Assembly: GCA_046483495.1 (NCBI GenBank)
Contig: JAWODC010000069.1
Span: 1 to 34,086 of the forward strand
DNA length: 34,086 nucleotides
Direction of reading: 5' to 3'
Origin: Desulfobacterales bacterium
GTDB lineage: Bacteria; Desulfobacterota; Desulfobacteria; Desulfobacterales; UBA5616
The translations under genes and the position numbers were made by a program. Positions 16,091 through 25,669 of this stretch are shown here, in pieces. Positions within the stretch are counted from its first letter, which is position 1. Each line of letters starts with the position of its first letter. A model generated the notes under the pieces. That model ran no database searches. It saw only the letters and a list, made by a program, of their open reading frames with translations, and was not told where the DNA came from.

Positions 16091-17035
16091 TTATTCAGTC
16101 GGTATCCATGCCGTCAGTGTGGTACCCCCGCCCGGCTCTGAATCGATCCAGAAATCCCCGTTGAACTGTACCGCCCTTTCACGCATGATGCTTATTCCCT
16201 GGCGGTATTTGCCGTCTCCGGCATACTTTTCGATCGCATCGTAATCAAATCCTTTGCCGTCGTCTTCCACGGTCAAGCACATCTTATGGTTTTCGACCTC
16301 GAGATGGATGTCGATGGTTTGCATTTCTGCATGGTTGATGCAATTTGCAAGCGCCTCCTGAACGATGCGGTACATGGCGGTTTTTTTATCCGGATCATTA
16401 AACTCGGGAATGCAGGCCTCGGAAAACCGAATGACGATGTGAGGGTGATGTTTATTGATCCGATGAACCATGCTTCGAATGCCGGCGACAAGACCCAGTG
16501 TATCCAGTATTCCGGGGCGCAGTTCTTCAGAAAATTCTCTCAAAAACTGAATCATTTTTGCGGCTTTTCGTTGTGCCGTTTTAAGGGGTTCAAGGGCCGT
16601 GGACCCGTGCGGAAGCCAATGTTCAAGCATTTCCAGGTCCATTTTCAGGGCGACGAACTCCTGACCGAAGTTTTCATGAAGCGTATTGGCGATTTCAAAG
16701 CGTTCCTTTTCAAGCAATTCCACAAGCCGTCGGGAAACGTAAAGACGCTGATGCTGTTCACGATTGAGTGCAGCACAGGCATTTATAAGTTCTTTGTTTT
16801 TCGTCTCTAATTGGGCGGTTCGTTTTAGAAGAAGATCGATGTTTTCTTTTCGGGACGATTCCGCGTGACTCAGGGCCCCACGCAATTGTTCGTTTTGCCG
16901 ATCCACATCGGTCAGTCGGGCCTCGATTTCATTCACGATTTCATGAATCTGCCGGGCAACATCCGTCACCTCGATTTTGTCGATCAGTTCAGATAATTTC
17001 CCCCCTAAATGGGAGTCTTTGCGATCACCTGTCAT
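16091..17035 (-). CDS. Cytoplasmic histidine kinase (HisKA_3/NarX-type), no evident sensor domain
   Basis: H-box ERFEIANTLHENFGQ, LRPGILDTLGL, QEALANCINHA, DDGKGF, GISIMRER, GGGT; N-terminal coiled coil. Confidence 0.9.
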   Translation of the reverse strand: MTGDRKDSHLGGKLSELIDKIEVTDVARQIHEIVNEIEARLTDVDRQNEQLRGALSHAESSRKENIDLLLKRTAQLETKNKELINACAALNREQHQRLYVSRRLVELLEKERFEIANTLHENFGQEFVALKMDLEMLEHWLPHGSTALEPLKTAQRKAAKMIQFLREFSEELRPGILDTLGLVAGIRSMVHRINKHHPHIVIRFSEACIPEFNDPDKKTAMYRIVQEALANCINHAEMQTIDIHLEVENHKMCLTVEDDGKGFDYDAIEKYAGDGKYRQGISIMRERAVQFNGDFWIDSEPGGGTTLTAWIPTE

Positions 17036-17378
17036 TCAGTCACCTGTAAACGAGTATGGGGATGTACAAAATAGACGTTATTCACTGCCCACACGAAAAT
17101 GGATGGGCAAAGCCGTTTATGGGAGAATCGGGAATTTTGTTCCACACCAATTCATATAAAAAATTGTGCATGTCAATACATGCTATCCTGTATTTTTCAA
17201 AATGCAGTGAAACGGTTGTAAGCCCGGAATCCCGATGGCCGATCATTTTAACGCATGCCTTGATTGTTTGAATCGGCGAAAAGGAGTCCCGGTCGGTTGA
17301 TGTTGAGCAGATGCACACATTACATATATTTTTCGCTTCAAATACATGGTTGAGTCTATGTACGGTGAGCGGTGAAAA

Positions 17379-17411
17379 GTTTAATGATGATTGATCTACG
17401 GTTTAATGATG
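17379..17411. promoter_or_regulatory. Exact 11-bp direct repeat GTTTAATGATG (22-bp period), putative regulator site
   Basis: Copies at 17379-17389 and 17401-17411 in a divergent intergenic region. Confidence 0.35.
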
Positions 17412-17457
17412 TTACCGCCTTTCTCTCGCATTTTAAAACATTTTGGAAGGGGAAATA

Positions 17458-17769
17458 ATGACATCGGGCCTAAAAGAACGGTTTCCCTGCACGAGTGAAA
17501 GAATGAGGCCTATCACAAGCCGCTTAAGCGATTCTTTTCGAAAAATCACAAACGAAGGCGGGCAAAAGTGGGGGCTTAAAGCAGGCAAAACCGAGTTCTA
17601 TGTCGGAGCGGCGCTGATGACGGTGGGTCTTGCAACCGGCATCGCCGCTCTTTTGTTCGGCAGAACACTTAAGAAACAGCCGCCGTATACAAGACCCGAT
17701 AGCGTGTCGGAGCATCTGAAGGATATCGGAAAAGAGGCCGGAGCCGCCCATAACAACCATTCTTATTAG
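17458..17769 (+). CDS. Small hypothetical single-pass membrane protein
   Basis: ATG after GGAAGGGG; one hydrophobic stretch FYVGAALMTVGLATGIAALLFG. Confidence 0.55.
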   Translation: MTSGLKERFPCTSERMRPITSRLSDSFRKITNEGGQKWGLKAGKTEFYVGAALMTVGLATGIAALLFGRTLKKQPPYTRPDSVSEHLKDIGKEAGAAHNNHSY

Positions 17770-18085
17770 CGATTTGAGAAATAGAGGAGAAAAAACACCC
17801 TTCAGCATTATGCGCTTGCCGATAGCCTTATTTTTGAATGCTGCTGATCTGTTCTGAATGAAAATTGCAAGTCCGGCAAGATCTAAAAACATCGGCTCGG
17901 GCATCAACGCCTTTGCAGTAAGGCACCAAGATAACTACGTATTAAAAAAATGGGCATGTAACCCACAGGGGCGGAGCTTATGCTTTTTCCCCTGTTGGAC
18001 CAGAAAAGGTATCGATCAGTCTCGATTCATGGGCACAAAAACCGGAACACATGAGCGTATTATTTTAAATGAAGCGGGAATAAGC

Positions 18086-18901
18086 ATGCCGTCAAAAGAT
18101 GCTCCTACACCATGGCAGCTCAGAATATTTCAAAAAACACTTAAAAAAAAGCTGAGGATCAAAGCTTTAGCCAAACACATCGGCGAGCTTGCCGACAATC
18201 AAAGATGCCTGCTGGTTACCTGCGGCGACAACAACGGCGCCATAAATTATCTTTTGAAATCCAGGGGCGCCAAATGGTCGTGGGCCGACCTGGAAATCCA
18301 GGGCATCCCGGAAATGGCGGATTTTCTGGGCGATCCCGTCTTTCACGCTAAAGAAGACCATCTGCCGTTCGATGATTGCCGGTTCGATTGCGTTTTAAGT
18401 GTGGACGTGCAGGAGCATTTGAATGATCCGAATCCATTTACGAGTGAATTGCGACGGGTGACCAAGAAGGGAGGAAAGGTGATCGTTACGGTTCCCAATG
18501 GCGACGATACAAAACCGGTCGTGCGATTGAAGCGCCTTGTCGGCATGACAAATGACGTATACGGCCATTGCCGAACCGGATTCACAATAGAAGAATTGAG
18601 CCGGCTTCTGTCGGCCAACGGCATACATCCCAAGGCGGCAAGCAGCTTTTCACAAGGTTTTACGGAATTGCTGGAGCTTTTCGTCAATTACGGCTATGTA
18701 AAAATTCTCTCAAAAAGGAGCAGGGCGAAGGTGGAAAAAGGCACGATCGCACCTTCGACAAAAAATCAGCTCAAATCGGTTCATCGAATGTTCCGGGTTT
18801 ACTCAGTATTGTATCCCTTTTGTTGGACGATATCAAGGCTCGACATCCTTTTCTCCGGTTCCGTTGGATACGTCATCATTGTAGAAGGAAGAAAGGCGTA
18901 A
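18086..18901 (+). CDS. Class I SAM-dependent methyltransferase
   Basis: LPFDDCRFDCVLSVDVQEHL, LRRVTKKGGKVIVTVPN; atypical motif I LLVTCGDNNG. Start estimated at MPSKD. Confidence 0.75.
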   Translation: MPSKDAPTPWQLRIFQKTLKKKLRIKALAKHIGELADNQRCLLVTCGDNNGAINYLLKSRGAKWSWADLEIQGIPEMADFLGDPVFHAKEDHLPFDDCRFDCVLSVDVQEHLNDPNPFTSELRRVTKKGGKVIVTVPNGDDTKPVVRLKRLVGMTNDVYGHCRTGFTIEELSRLLSANGIHPKAASSFSQGFTELLELFVNYGYVKILSKRSRAKVEKGTIAPSTKNQLKSVHRMFRVYSVLYPFCWTISRLDILFSGSVGYVIIVEGRKA

Positions 18902-19884
18902 TGAGGGTGGGCAAGCACTACCTCGTAACAGGAAGCAGCGGGTTTATCGGCCGTCATTTATCAAAACGGCTGGCTGCAGAGGGCGGAAACGTTATTGGTG
19001 TGGACCTTTCACACGAGTCGTATGGGCGTTCGGACTGCGATGGCAGGTTTCGGAAGGTTGCAGCAGATTACAGGGACCTCGAAGAGGACATGCTTGCGGG
19101 GGTGGATGTGATTTTCCACCTTGCAGGTGCTCACCTGCAGACCAGCATATCTGAATCGGAATACTGGGACATCAATGTGCATGGCTTGCGGCCCCTGCTT
19201 GAGGCGGCAAAACGAAACGGTGTAAATCGTTTTGTGCACGTAAGCTCCGTGGGTGTATACGGAAATTTAAAGGAATGGCCGGCTGATGAGAACAGCCCCT
19301 GCACCCCCTCCAACATTTATGGAAGAACCAAGCTGGCCGGTGAAATAGAGGTAAAGCATTTCTGCGAGAAAACGCATTTTCCCATCGTGATCGTCAGGCC
19401 GGCATGGGTCTATGGGCCGGGTTGCCCCCGTACGCTTAAATTATACAGGACGCTTCGCAAAAAACGTTTTGTCATGATCGGCGACTGCCGGAATCCAAGG
19501 CATCCGATTTACATAGAGGATATGGTCGATGCCCTCCTCCTTGCAGGACTTTCGAATACGGTATGCGGCGAAACGGTTGTGGTTGGTGGAGACAGGGCCT
19601 TGACGACTGCCGAAGTGTTGGATTGCTTCTGCCATACGTTGGATCTTCCAAAACCAAGGCTGAAATTACCGATGAAAGCCGGAGAGTTGATGGCGACCGG
19701 CATCGAAAGCCTGTTTGCCTTATCGGGTAAAAACCCGCCGGTGTCGAGAAGGTCGCTCGAGTTTTTCACTACGTGCAACGCATTTGACATCTCCAAAGCC
19801 AGAAAAATGCTTGGCTTCAATCCTTCCTTCAGTTTCGAGAACGGCGTCAAAACGATGCGCCCCTGGCTGGAGGACAACTTGTAA
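18901..19884 (+). CDS. NAD-dependent epimerase/dehydratase (extended SDR)
   Basis: ATG overlaps the upstream TAA; VTGSSGFIG, SSVGVYG, YGRTK, RPAWVYGPG. Confidence 0.92.
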   Translation: MRVGKHYLVTGSSGFIGRHLSKRLAAEGGNVIGVDLSHESYGRSDCDGRFRKVAADYRDLEEDMLAGVDVIFHLAGAHLQTSISESEYWDINVHGLRPLLEAAKRNGVNRFVHVSSVGVYGNLKEWPADENSPCTPSNIYGRTKLAGEIEVKHFCEKTHFPIVIVRPAWVYGPGCPRTLKLYRTLRKKRFVMIGDCRNPRHPIYIEDMVDALLLAGLSNTVCGETVVVGGDRALTTAEVLDCFCHTLDLPKPRLKLPMKAGELMATGIESLFALSGKNPPVSRRSLEFFTTCNAFDISKARKMLGFNPSFSFENGVKTMRPWLEDNL

Positions 19885-19966
19885 TCGATTACCAGGGTCA
19901 TTGCAAAGCAGAAACCGCTCCGGCCTTCGATATGAAAGCCGACGGACGGTATGGGAGAAAGACGGG

Positions 19967-20776
19967 TTGAAACGATTCATTGAAAGGCGGTTGCCCTCAG
20001 AGGTCCATGACTATTGGAACGCGCATACGCTTGGTCTGCAGTATGTCACGGATTTCAAAATCGAAATCGGGAGCAAAGCGTTTTTCGATCACATTCGGCC
20101 CTGGATGAACCCCTGCAAATTCCCCTGGATCATGAACCGCATCGAGCGCGAGGCCGATATTCTGAAAGGAAAGCACCTGCTGGAAGTCGGGTGCGGCATG
20201 GGTTACGACACACTGGAGTTTTTAAAGCGGGGTGTCCGCGTAACGGCAACGGATCTTACATCCAATGCGGTTTTGCTGGCAAGGCGCCATTTTGAAATCG
20301 AAGGGGTAATGCCGGAGGACGTGCGCACCGCTGATGCGCTTGAATTGCCGTTTGCCGACCGTACATTTGACGCCGTTTGGGCCAATGGTGTCCTGCATGC
20401 CACGGGAGATACGCGATCAGCCGTTCAAGAGGTAAGGCGTGTCTTGAAGCCCGGTGGTCGAGCCGTTATTTCCCATTTTTACCGGAAGCCTTCGTGGATG
20501 CATGTGCTTCACCGTATGGGGCGTGAAAATATCGAATATAAAGAAGAGGATCCGCCTGTCAATACGTTTTATCGGGAAAATGCGATTCTGGCGATGTTCG
20601 ACGGCTTTGACATCGTGGAAACGGCGCAGGAGCATTATCGGGCTCTTCCGGTATGCCGCAGCGGCATAAAGGCCGTACTTTACACGTACGGATTCAAACC
20701 GGCTTACAATCGTATCCCGGAAGTGATTGCAAAAAAATTCGCCTACAAGTTTTCCGTGATCGGAATTAAGCGATGA
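19967..20776 (+). CDS. Class I SAM-dependent methyltransferase
   Basis: LLEVGCGMGYD, DALELPFADRTFDAVWANGVLH, RVLKPGG. No in-frame ATG precedes the conserved region, so TTG 19967 (after GGGAG) is a tentative start. Confidence 0.82.
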   Translation: MKRFIERRLPSEVHDYWNAHTLGLQYVTDFKIEIGSKAFFDHIRPWMNPCKFPWIMNRIEREADILKGKHLLEVGCGMGYDTLEFLKRGVRVTATDLTSNAVLLARRHFEIEGVMPEDVRTADALELPFADRTFDAVWANGVLHATGDTRSAVQEVRRVLKPGGRAVISHFYRKPSWMHVLHRMGRENIEYKEEDPPVNTFYRENAILAMFDGFDIVETAQEHYRALPVCRSGIKAVLYTYGFKPAYNRIPEVIAKKFAYKFSVIGIKR

Positions 20777-20854
20777 ATCGACATCCCAATCGGATGAAAA
20801 ACCGCGAAAGTCGGTATGGCGGGGCGGGCGCTCATGGTATTAAAGGCGGCTGGC

Positions 20855-22804
20855 ATGTGCGGAATTTGCGGTAAATACAGTCCTTCGGGTGTGCAAGAGG
20901 CGGAGCTTCGCCGCATGATGCAGGCCATAGGCCATCGCGGGCCTGATGATGAGGGAATCTATATCAACCGGACCATCGGGCTTTGCAACCGGCGCCTGAG
21001 CATCATCGACATCGACGGCGGGCACCAGCCGATCTGCAATGAAGACGGGAGCATCTGGGTCGTCTGCAATGGAGAGATCTACAACTACAAAGCGTTGCGG
21101 CGGCGGTTGGGAAAAGCCGGTCACGTCTTCAGCACCCATTCGGACACCGAGGTGGTTGCTCATTTGTACGAGGAGCACGGCGTTCATTGTGCTGATTATC
21201 TCGACGGGATGTTTGCCTTTGCCATATGGGACGATTCGGAGAAACTTCTTTTTCTGGCGCGGGACAGGCTCGGCCAGAAGCCCCTGTTCTACTCCGAAAA
21301 CAACGGCCGTTTCATTTTTGCTTCTGAAGTGAAGGCCATACTGGCAGCGGATGGTCAAGACAGGGAGATCGATTATGAATCGATTCATCATTATTTGTCC
21401 CTAAGGTTCATACCATCGCCGAAGACGATGTTTCGTTCCATCAAGAAATTGCCGCCGGCCCACACCCTCGTCCGGCGAAACGGCAGCACTTCGCTGTCGC
21501 GCTATTGGAATTTGTCTTTTCGCAAAAAGCTTGACCTTTCCGAAGTTCACCATTTGGAGCTGTTGGACCGAACGTTGAACGATACGATCGAATCTCATCT
21601 CATAAGCGACGTTCCTGTGGGGGCTTTTTTGAGCGGCGGCATGGATTCCAGCCTGATTGTCGCCCTGATGGCGAGAAAATCCAAAACCGCCTTTAAAACG
21701 TTTACCATCGGTGTGGATGAACGAAGCTTTAATGAGTTGCCGTATGCTCGAATTGTGGCGGATCGATACAAAACAAACCACTACGAAGAAAAAGTCTGCG
21801 CCGATCTCATCCAATTGCTGCCGAAGATCATATGGCATCTGGATGAACCGTCCGATTCCATTGCTTCCTGCCAGTTTTATGCGGCGTCACTTGCGGCACG
21901 TCATGTCAAGGTGGTATTGGGTGGCGATGGGGGAGATGAGCTTTTCGGCGGTTTCGACAGGTACACCGGTGTTCGGTATATCGACTATTTGATGTGGATG
22001 CCCGAATGCTTTCGCCGCGGGATTGTCGGCGCATTGCTGAACCGCTTTCCCGAGGGATATCATTACAAAAGTCTGACGCAGAAGGCGCGGTGGATTCATG
22101 AAATGTCCCTTCTGCCGAATATGGCCGAAAGGTATGCCGAAGCCACGTGCGTCTTTCGATTCAATCATCAAAAGAAACAACAGCTTTACAGCAGTAATTT
22201 TTGGCGCAAAATGGCCGATCTGAAATCAGCGAACATCATTACCGACCCTTTCGAAAGTGATCAGGCCGACGATGTTTTCGACAGAATGCTTTACGCCGAT
22301 ATCATGACGAGGCTTCCGGAACATTCCCTTATGCTGGCGGATCGCATGACAATGGCCCACGGTCTGGAGGTTCGTTCCCCGTTTGTCGACCATCATCTGG
22401 TGGAGCTTTTGGCGGCGTTTCCCAGCCGTCTCAAGATGAGGGGGCTGACGCTGAAATACGGTTTGCGGAAGGTTGCCGGTAAATACCTGTCAAAGAAGAT
22501 CGTAAAGCGAAAAAAGCAGGGGTTTATGTTTCCGGTGGCATTCTGGTTCCGAAACGAACTTTACCCGTTTATCAGGTCCGTGCTGTTGAACTCATTTTTT
22601 GTCAAGCAGGGGTTCTTTAAAAGCGATTACCTGTTAAAGCTGATTGATGACCATTACCACAACCGGATCGACAACCATGCAAGGATCTGGATGCTTCTGA
22701 GTCTGGAAATTTGGCAACAACTCTATATCGAACAAAAAGGAGTCTCTGACGTAACCCAATACATTTTGGAAAACTGCCGAACCAACAGGAGCATAAATGG
22801 CTGA
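20855..22804 (+). CDS. asnB: Asparagine synthase (glutamine-hydrolysing) family amidotransferase
   Basis: N-terminal MCGICG, HRGPDD, RLSIID, NGEIYN, RDRLGQKP, LSGGMDSS, GDGGDELFGG. Context suggests glycan amidation. Confidence 0.93.
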   Translation: MCGICGKYSPSGVQEAELRRMMQAIGHRGPDDEGIYINRTIGLCNRRLSIIDIDGGHQPICNEDGSIWVVCNGEIYNYKALRRRLGKAGHVFSTHSDTEVVAHLYEEHGVHCADYLDGMFAFAIWDDSEKLLFLARDRLGQKPLFYSENNGRFIFASEVKAILAADGQDREIDYESIHHYLSLRFIPSPKTMFRSIKKLPPAHTLVRRNGSTSLSRYWNLSFRKKLDLSEVHHLELLDRTLNDTIESHLISDVPVGAFLSGGMDSSLIVALMARKSKTAFKTFTIGVDERSFNELPYARIVADRYKTNHYEEKVCADLIQLLPKIIWHLDEPSDSIASCQFYAASLAARHVKVVLGGDGGDELFGGFDRYTGVRYIDYLMWMPECFRRGIVGALLNRFPEGYHYKSLTQKARWIHEMSLLPNMAERYAEATCVFRFNHQKKQQLYSSNFWRKMADLKSANIITDPFESDQADDVFDRMLYADIMTRLPEHSLMLADRMTMAHGLEVRSPFVDHHLVELLAAFPSRLKMRGLTLKYGLRKVAGKYLSKKIVKRKKQGFMFPVAFWFRNELYPFIRSVLLNSFFVKQGFFKSDYLLKLIDDHYHNRIDNHARIWMLLSLEIWQQLYIEQKGVSDVTQYILENCRTNRSING

Positions 22805-23618
22805 ATTACCGGTCGATAGAGAAACGATGCAGCATGAAACCCTCCTCGAGAGCTTGACCGGAAGAAGCGAGTCGCCCGGGAAAGCATACCGGCGGCTTTT
22901 TGTCGGCAGCGCATCGCTGTTGGATTGGTTCCGTTACGAGCTGACGACATTATTTCTTTCCGTTTTGCCGGGTGCCGCCGGATTTTATTTGAGAAGTATT
23001 TTTTATCGCCGTTTGTTTGCATCCGTCGGTAAAGGAATGGTCATCGGGGCATCGGTGACGCTTCGCTGCCCCGGTAGTATTTATCTGGGGGACAAGGTCT
23101 ATGTAGACGACAATGCAGTGCTCGATGCCAAGGGTGCTGCTTCCCGCATTACACTGGGCGATTCCGTTTTGATCGGGCGAAACACGATCGTTTCCTGCTC
23201 CTTCGCGGAAGTAAAAATCGGCGATGATGTTGCCATCGGACCCCACTGCCATATCCGAGCCGGGCTATGTCCGGTCGAAATAGGTTCGCATGTCACCATC
23301 GGGTCTCACTGTGCCGTCATTTCCGGTACGCCGGGCTATGCCCGCTCGGAGGCATACATGAAAAACCAGATCGGCTCCACAAAGGGCATTCGCATTGGAC
23401 ATGACATATGGATGGGTGTCGGGGCTAGAATCATCGATGGTGTTACAATGGGAAACGGGTGCATTGTCGGTGCCGGAGCGGTTGTTACCGACCATGTGCC
23501 TGACAACGCGATCGTGGCGGGCGTGCCTGCAAAGGTTATCGGCCGAAGAAAGCCCGGACGGAACAACGGGCCGCCGGAAGCCGGGCATGTCGAGAAGAAA
23601 GCCGATGATGAGGAGTAA
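22797..23618 (+). CDS. Hexapeptide-repeat (LbH) acyltransferase
   Basis: Repeats IGDDVAIG and IGHDIWMG; IVGAGAVVT; IVAGVPAKVI. Confidence 0.88.
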   Translation: MAELPVDRETMQHETLLESLTGRSESPGKAYRRLFVGSASLLDWFRYELTTLFLSVLPGAAGFYLRSIFYRRLFASVGKGMVIGASVTLRCPGSIYLGDKVYVDDNAVLDAKGAASRITLGDSVLIGRNTIVSCSFAEVKIGDDVAIGPHCHIRAGLCPVEIGSHVTIGSHCAVISGTPGYARSEAYMKNQIGSTKGIRIGHDIWMGVGARIIDGVTMGNGCIVGAGAVVTDHVPDNAIVAGVPAKVIGRRKPGRNNGPPEAGHVEKKADDEE

Positions 23619-24749
23619 ATGATGAGAATCGGCGTGATGCTCCGAGCATTTGATGAAAAAGGCGGTGTCGGCGTCTACACACGCAACATCATAAACGAAC
23701 TGCTGCGTTTGGACACCGCAAATGAATATGTGCTCTACTATGCAGATCCCGGCAATGTGGGCCGTTTTGCAGGCTGCGGCAATGTCGTCGAAAAGTGGAT
23801 AAGCGCCCGGCACAAAGGCATGTGGGATCAACTTTCAATACCCCTTGCGTGCCGTCGGGACAGGATCGACGTCGTGTTTCATCCTAAATTCACCGCACCG
23901 CTGCTTGCGCCGTGCAAGGTTGTCATGGTCGTGCACGGCGCCGACTGGCTTCTGCCCGAACAGGCAAGGTTTTACAGCCGAATCGATGTCATGTACATGC
24001 GGCTGATCATGCCCCTTTACATCAAGAAATGTGCATCCGTCATTTCAGTCTCGAGGCTTACCACTGAAAACTTCAACCGGGCGCTTGGTTTGACCGGGCA
24101 TAACGGGCATAAGATAAAGACGGTGTATTTCGCTCCGGCACGGCATTTCAAGCGGGTAGACGATGCAGAAGAGCTGAAAGCAGTTAAAGCATACTACCGC
24201 CTTCCCGAAAAGTTCATATTTACCCTGGCAAAGCCGGGTGACGGCGGGCGGAAAAATCTGGGCCGGATATTCAAGGCCTATCAGCAGTACCACGGGCGGG
24301 TCCACGCCCCGTACAAACTGGTGGTCGGCGGAAAAGACGGAGAACGTTTAAAATCCGAATGGCCGCTTGCGGGAAACGTCGAGAGTGACATTGTTTTTCC
24401 GGGCTGGATCGAACAGAAGGATTTGCCGGCGGTATATACGCTTTCAGCCCTTTTTCTTTATCCTTCCAATCTCGAGGCGTTTCCGATTCCGATTACCGAA
24501 GCCCTGGCATGCGGTACGCCCATTGTGACATCCAACGTAAACGGGCTGGAGGAGCTGGCTGGAGATGCAGCGGTGCGCGTCGATCCGAAAGATACGGCGG
24601 CGATTTCGAGTGCCCTCATGCAACTGTCGGTCGATGAAGCACTGCGCAAAACCCTTTCCGAAAGGGGCATAGAACGGTCGAAAAGGTTCAGTTGGGATGT
24701 ATGCGCCGGAGAAACACTTGCCATTATCGAGTCGTGCGCCGGCGGCTGA
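23619..24749 (+). CDS. Glycosyltransferase family 4 (GT-B)
   Basis: GGVGVYT, RKN, YPSNLEAFPIPITEALACGTP. Confidence 0.92.
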   Translation: MMRIGVMLRAFDEKGGVGVYTRNIINELLRLDTANEYVLYYADPGNVGRFAGCGNVVEKWISARHKGMWDQLSIPLACRRDRIDVVFHPKFTAPLLAPCKVVMVVHGADWLLPEQARFYSRIDVMYMRLIMPLYIKKCASVISVSRLTTENFNRALGLTGHNGHKIKTVYFAPARHFKRVDDAEELKAVKAYYRLPEKFIFTLAKPGDGGRKNLGRIFKAYQQYHGRVHAPYKLVVGGKDGERLKSEWPLAGNVESDIVFPGWIEQKDLPAVYTLSALFLYPSNLEAFPIPITEALACGTPIVTSNVNGLEELAGDAAVRVDPKDTAAISSALMQLSVDEALRKTLSERGIERSKRFSWDVCAGETLAIIESCAGG

Positions 24750-24828
24750 CGGGCGGCAATCCGTTGCCGTCGATGCCGGTAAGGAAAACGGGAAAAACGG
24801 GCCTGCAGGGGATGATCCTGTTGGAGGG

Positions 24829-25665
24829 ATGCATCCGAACCGTATATTCAAGGGAGCCCTTCTTTTGGTGGTGCCGCATATGGACGACGAGGTGCTTGCC
24901 TGCGGCGGCACGATCGCGATGCTTACCCCTAAAAAACGAATATTCGCCGTTTATGCCACGGACGGCACGAAATCGCCTGAACCCATCGTGCCCTGGCGCG
25001 ACGCGGTGTCTTCGGATTTGGGCGGGGTCCGTATCGGTGAGTCAAAGCAGGCCATGGGGCTTTTGGGAGTTCCCGAAGAGAATCTCGAATTCTTCGGCTT
25101 TCCCGACGGCCGACTTGCCAATAACGAACAGGCACTGGTCGGCAGGCTTAAAGAAGTGATCGAACGTATCGATCCATCCGATATGTTGATCCCGTTTCGA
25201 TACGATCGCCACCCCGATCATCTGGCGATAAACCGTGCCGCCTTGATCGCCTGCAACGAGCTGACCTTCGAGGGAAATGTATTCGAATATTTCGTCTACC
25301 ACCAATACCGACTGCTGCCGAAAAAAAGCATGATAAACTACATTCATGCGCGTCACCTGATTGAAATCGACATCGCAACGGTGTCGGACCGGAAGCGGAA
25401 GGCTTTAGATGTTTTTAAAAGTCAGACCACGAAATTTTTTTCGTGGCAGACGCGGCCGAATCTGAAGCCGGACATGCTTGATGAAATCAGTCACACACCG
25501 GAACGTTTCCTGCGATATGACGCGGCAGCATCCGGGCCGGCGGTTTTTGACCGTTGTGCCGCCTGGATTCGCACCGCCCACCGGCTGGAGCCGCTGATCA
25601 AAAGGCGCAAAGACCGGATAGCGGTTTTGTGGGACAGGGGACCCGGCCGTAAAAAGGGAGGCTGA
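24829..25665 (+). CDS. PIG-L/LmbE family deacetylase
   Basis: PHMDDEVLACGG, TDG, FPDG, HPDH zinc motifs. Start uncertain (ORF open from 24697). Confidence 0.88.
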   Translation: MHPNRIFKGALLLVVPHMDDEVLACGGTIAMLTPKKRIFAVYATDGTKSPEPIVPWRDAVSSDLGGVRIGESKQAMGLLGVPEENLEFFGFPDGRLANNEQALVGRLKEVIERIDPSDMLIPFRYDRHPDHLAINRAALIACNELTFEGNVFEYFVYHQYRLLPKKSMINYIHARHLIEIDIATVSDRKRKALDVFKSQTTKFFSWQTRPNLKPDMLDEISHTPERFLRYDAAASGPAVFDRCAAWIRTAHRLEPLIKRRKDRIAVLWDRGPGRKKGG

Positions 25666-25669
25666 GCAC

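Noticed and set aside
17966..17979. CAGGGGCGGAGCTT as an ops/JUMPstart element before the glycan cluster
   Set aside because: It lacks the conserved T of GGCGGTAG and the upstream half of JUMPstart; too weak to call.
17858..19966. Long N-terminal extensions in the ORF track (starts 17858, 18568, 19715; likewise 28803 and 31473)
   Set aside because: They overlap upstream genes or lack family features; downstream starts coupled to stops or RBSs fit better.
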